From positions 48,012-73,565 of the forward strand of contig JARRRI010000012.1 of assembly GCA_037380845.1 (NCBI GenBank): 25,554 nucleotides of DNA, in the 5' to 3' direction. Shown piece after piece: positions 24,904 through 25,554 of the stretch. Both the position numbers and the translations under genes were made by a program. The stretch comes from Candidatus Sulfobium sp. Lineage in GTDB: Bacteria; Nitrospirota; Thermodesulfovibrionia; Thermodesulfovibrionales; UBA6898. The notes under the pieces were generated by a model that saw only the letters and a list, made by a program, of their open reading frames with translations, was not told the origin of the DNA and did not search any database. How positions within the stretch are numbered: position 1 is the first letter of the stretch; the number at the start of each line of letters is the position of its first letter.

Positions 24904-25554
24904 CTATCCCCCGGTTTCACCTGATACCCTTGCGAAAAACCCTTCCTCTTTGCTTTGTTCTTCCAGCAGCAAATCGGCGCGACGCCGCACTGCATGGTCC
25001 ACAATAAACTGGAGATCCTTCTCACGGGCTTCCTCAATCATTGAACGTTGGCCCTTGTCCAGTGAAAGCCTTATGATCTGATCGACCGGCTCCAGATTCT
25101 TTCGGAGGAGGGCGACTATCGGTATCTCGTTTGTGTCTTTCCGCGAAACTCCGGATACGGCATAATCGAGAACAGGCCGGTCATCGTGGTAGAGAGGAGC
25201 TCCGGCGCTCAGCCGGGCCAGACCGTCCGGACCCGTAATAAAGCTTCCCAGGAAGACCGGAAGTTGATACATGCCGTATCGCCGGTCTCCAACCAGGGTT
25301 ATTCTCAGGTCATGCCGGACTTCATTGTCTCCTTCGGGGTCCTCCTTCAGCAGCGTCAGGCGTTCTCCCCTGAGCCTGAGACTGGGTGTCTTTACGCCTA
25401 TAAGCAGCATCTCCTCTGTGTTGTACCAGAGGAAACTTTGCGGAAACGTCTCCAGAAAGGTGGCCACAACGGAGCGGAACCGTTCCACCGGAAAGAAGGG
25501 GAGGGGTACGAACTGAACAAGGAAACCGCCTGCCGTCAGGCGCTTCTCTGCCTG
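24904..25554 (-). CDS. C-terminal part of a spermidine-synthase-like (fused MFS/spermidine synthase type) protein; 5' end outside the window
   Basis: Open to the window edge: KRLTAGGFLVQFVPL..FRSVVATFLETFP..LW..LLIG and DDRPVLDY motifs. Confidence 0.75.
   Translation of the reverse strand, partial: QAEKRLTAGGFLVQFVPLPFFPVERFRSVVATFLETFPQSFLWYNTEEMLLIGVKTPSLRLRGERLTLLKEDPEGDNEVRHDLRITLVGDRRYGMYQLPVFLGSFITGPDGLARLSAGAPLYHDDRPVLDYAVSGVSRKDTNEIPIVALLRKNLEPVDQIIRLSLDKGQRSMIEEAREKDLQFIVDHAVRRRADLLLEEQSKEEGFFARVSGETGG

Overview
A gene-dense window from a Gram-negative, probably anaerobic bacterium. Gene content suggests Nitrospirota or Desulfobacterota, but that is an inference. I see no rRNA, tRNA, CRISPR array, transposase or integrase. 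In order, it encodes: a FadL-type outer-membrane channel; a PAS-PAS-GGDEF-EAL protein; a broken geranylgeranyl-reductase-family flavoprotein; a two-gene unit (exported Met-rich Gly-heptad protein plus Tyr/His-rich lipoprotein) behind a structured 5' leader; a Cys-rich 4Fe-4S protein; a degenerate HD-GYP protein; an F420:NADP oxidoreductase-family gene lacking its start; an orphan MORC/GHKL ATPase followed by a beta-CASP nuclease; a metallophosphoesterase; a Glu/Leu/Phe/Val dehydrogenase; a Rho_N/SAP-Cys protein; a metal/Fe-S cluster (NifX-like, two MinD-ferredoxin ATPases, CDF-NifX, ZnuC/ZnuB-like, small coiled-coil protein, HisC-like aminotransferase, methyltransferase); HPF-CSD; two-CW, zinc-ribbon and flavodoxin-family proteins; a beta-barrel protein with a probable CTG start; and the 3' end of a spermidine-synthase-like gene. 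The most notable observations are four clean lesions in otherwise intact genes (real decay or assembly artefact), the Met-heptad/lipoprotein unit with its leader hairpin, and the orphan MORC ATPase next to a nuclease.
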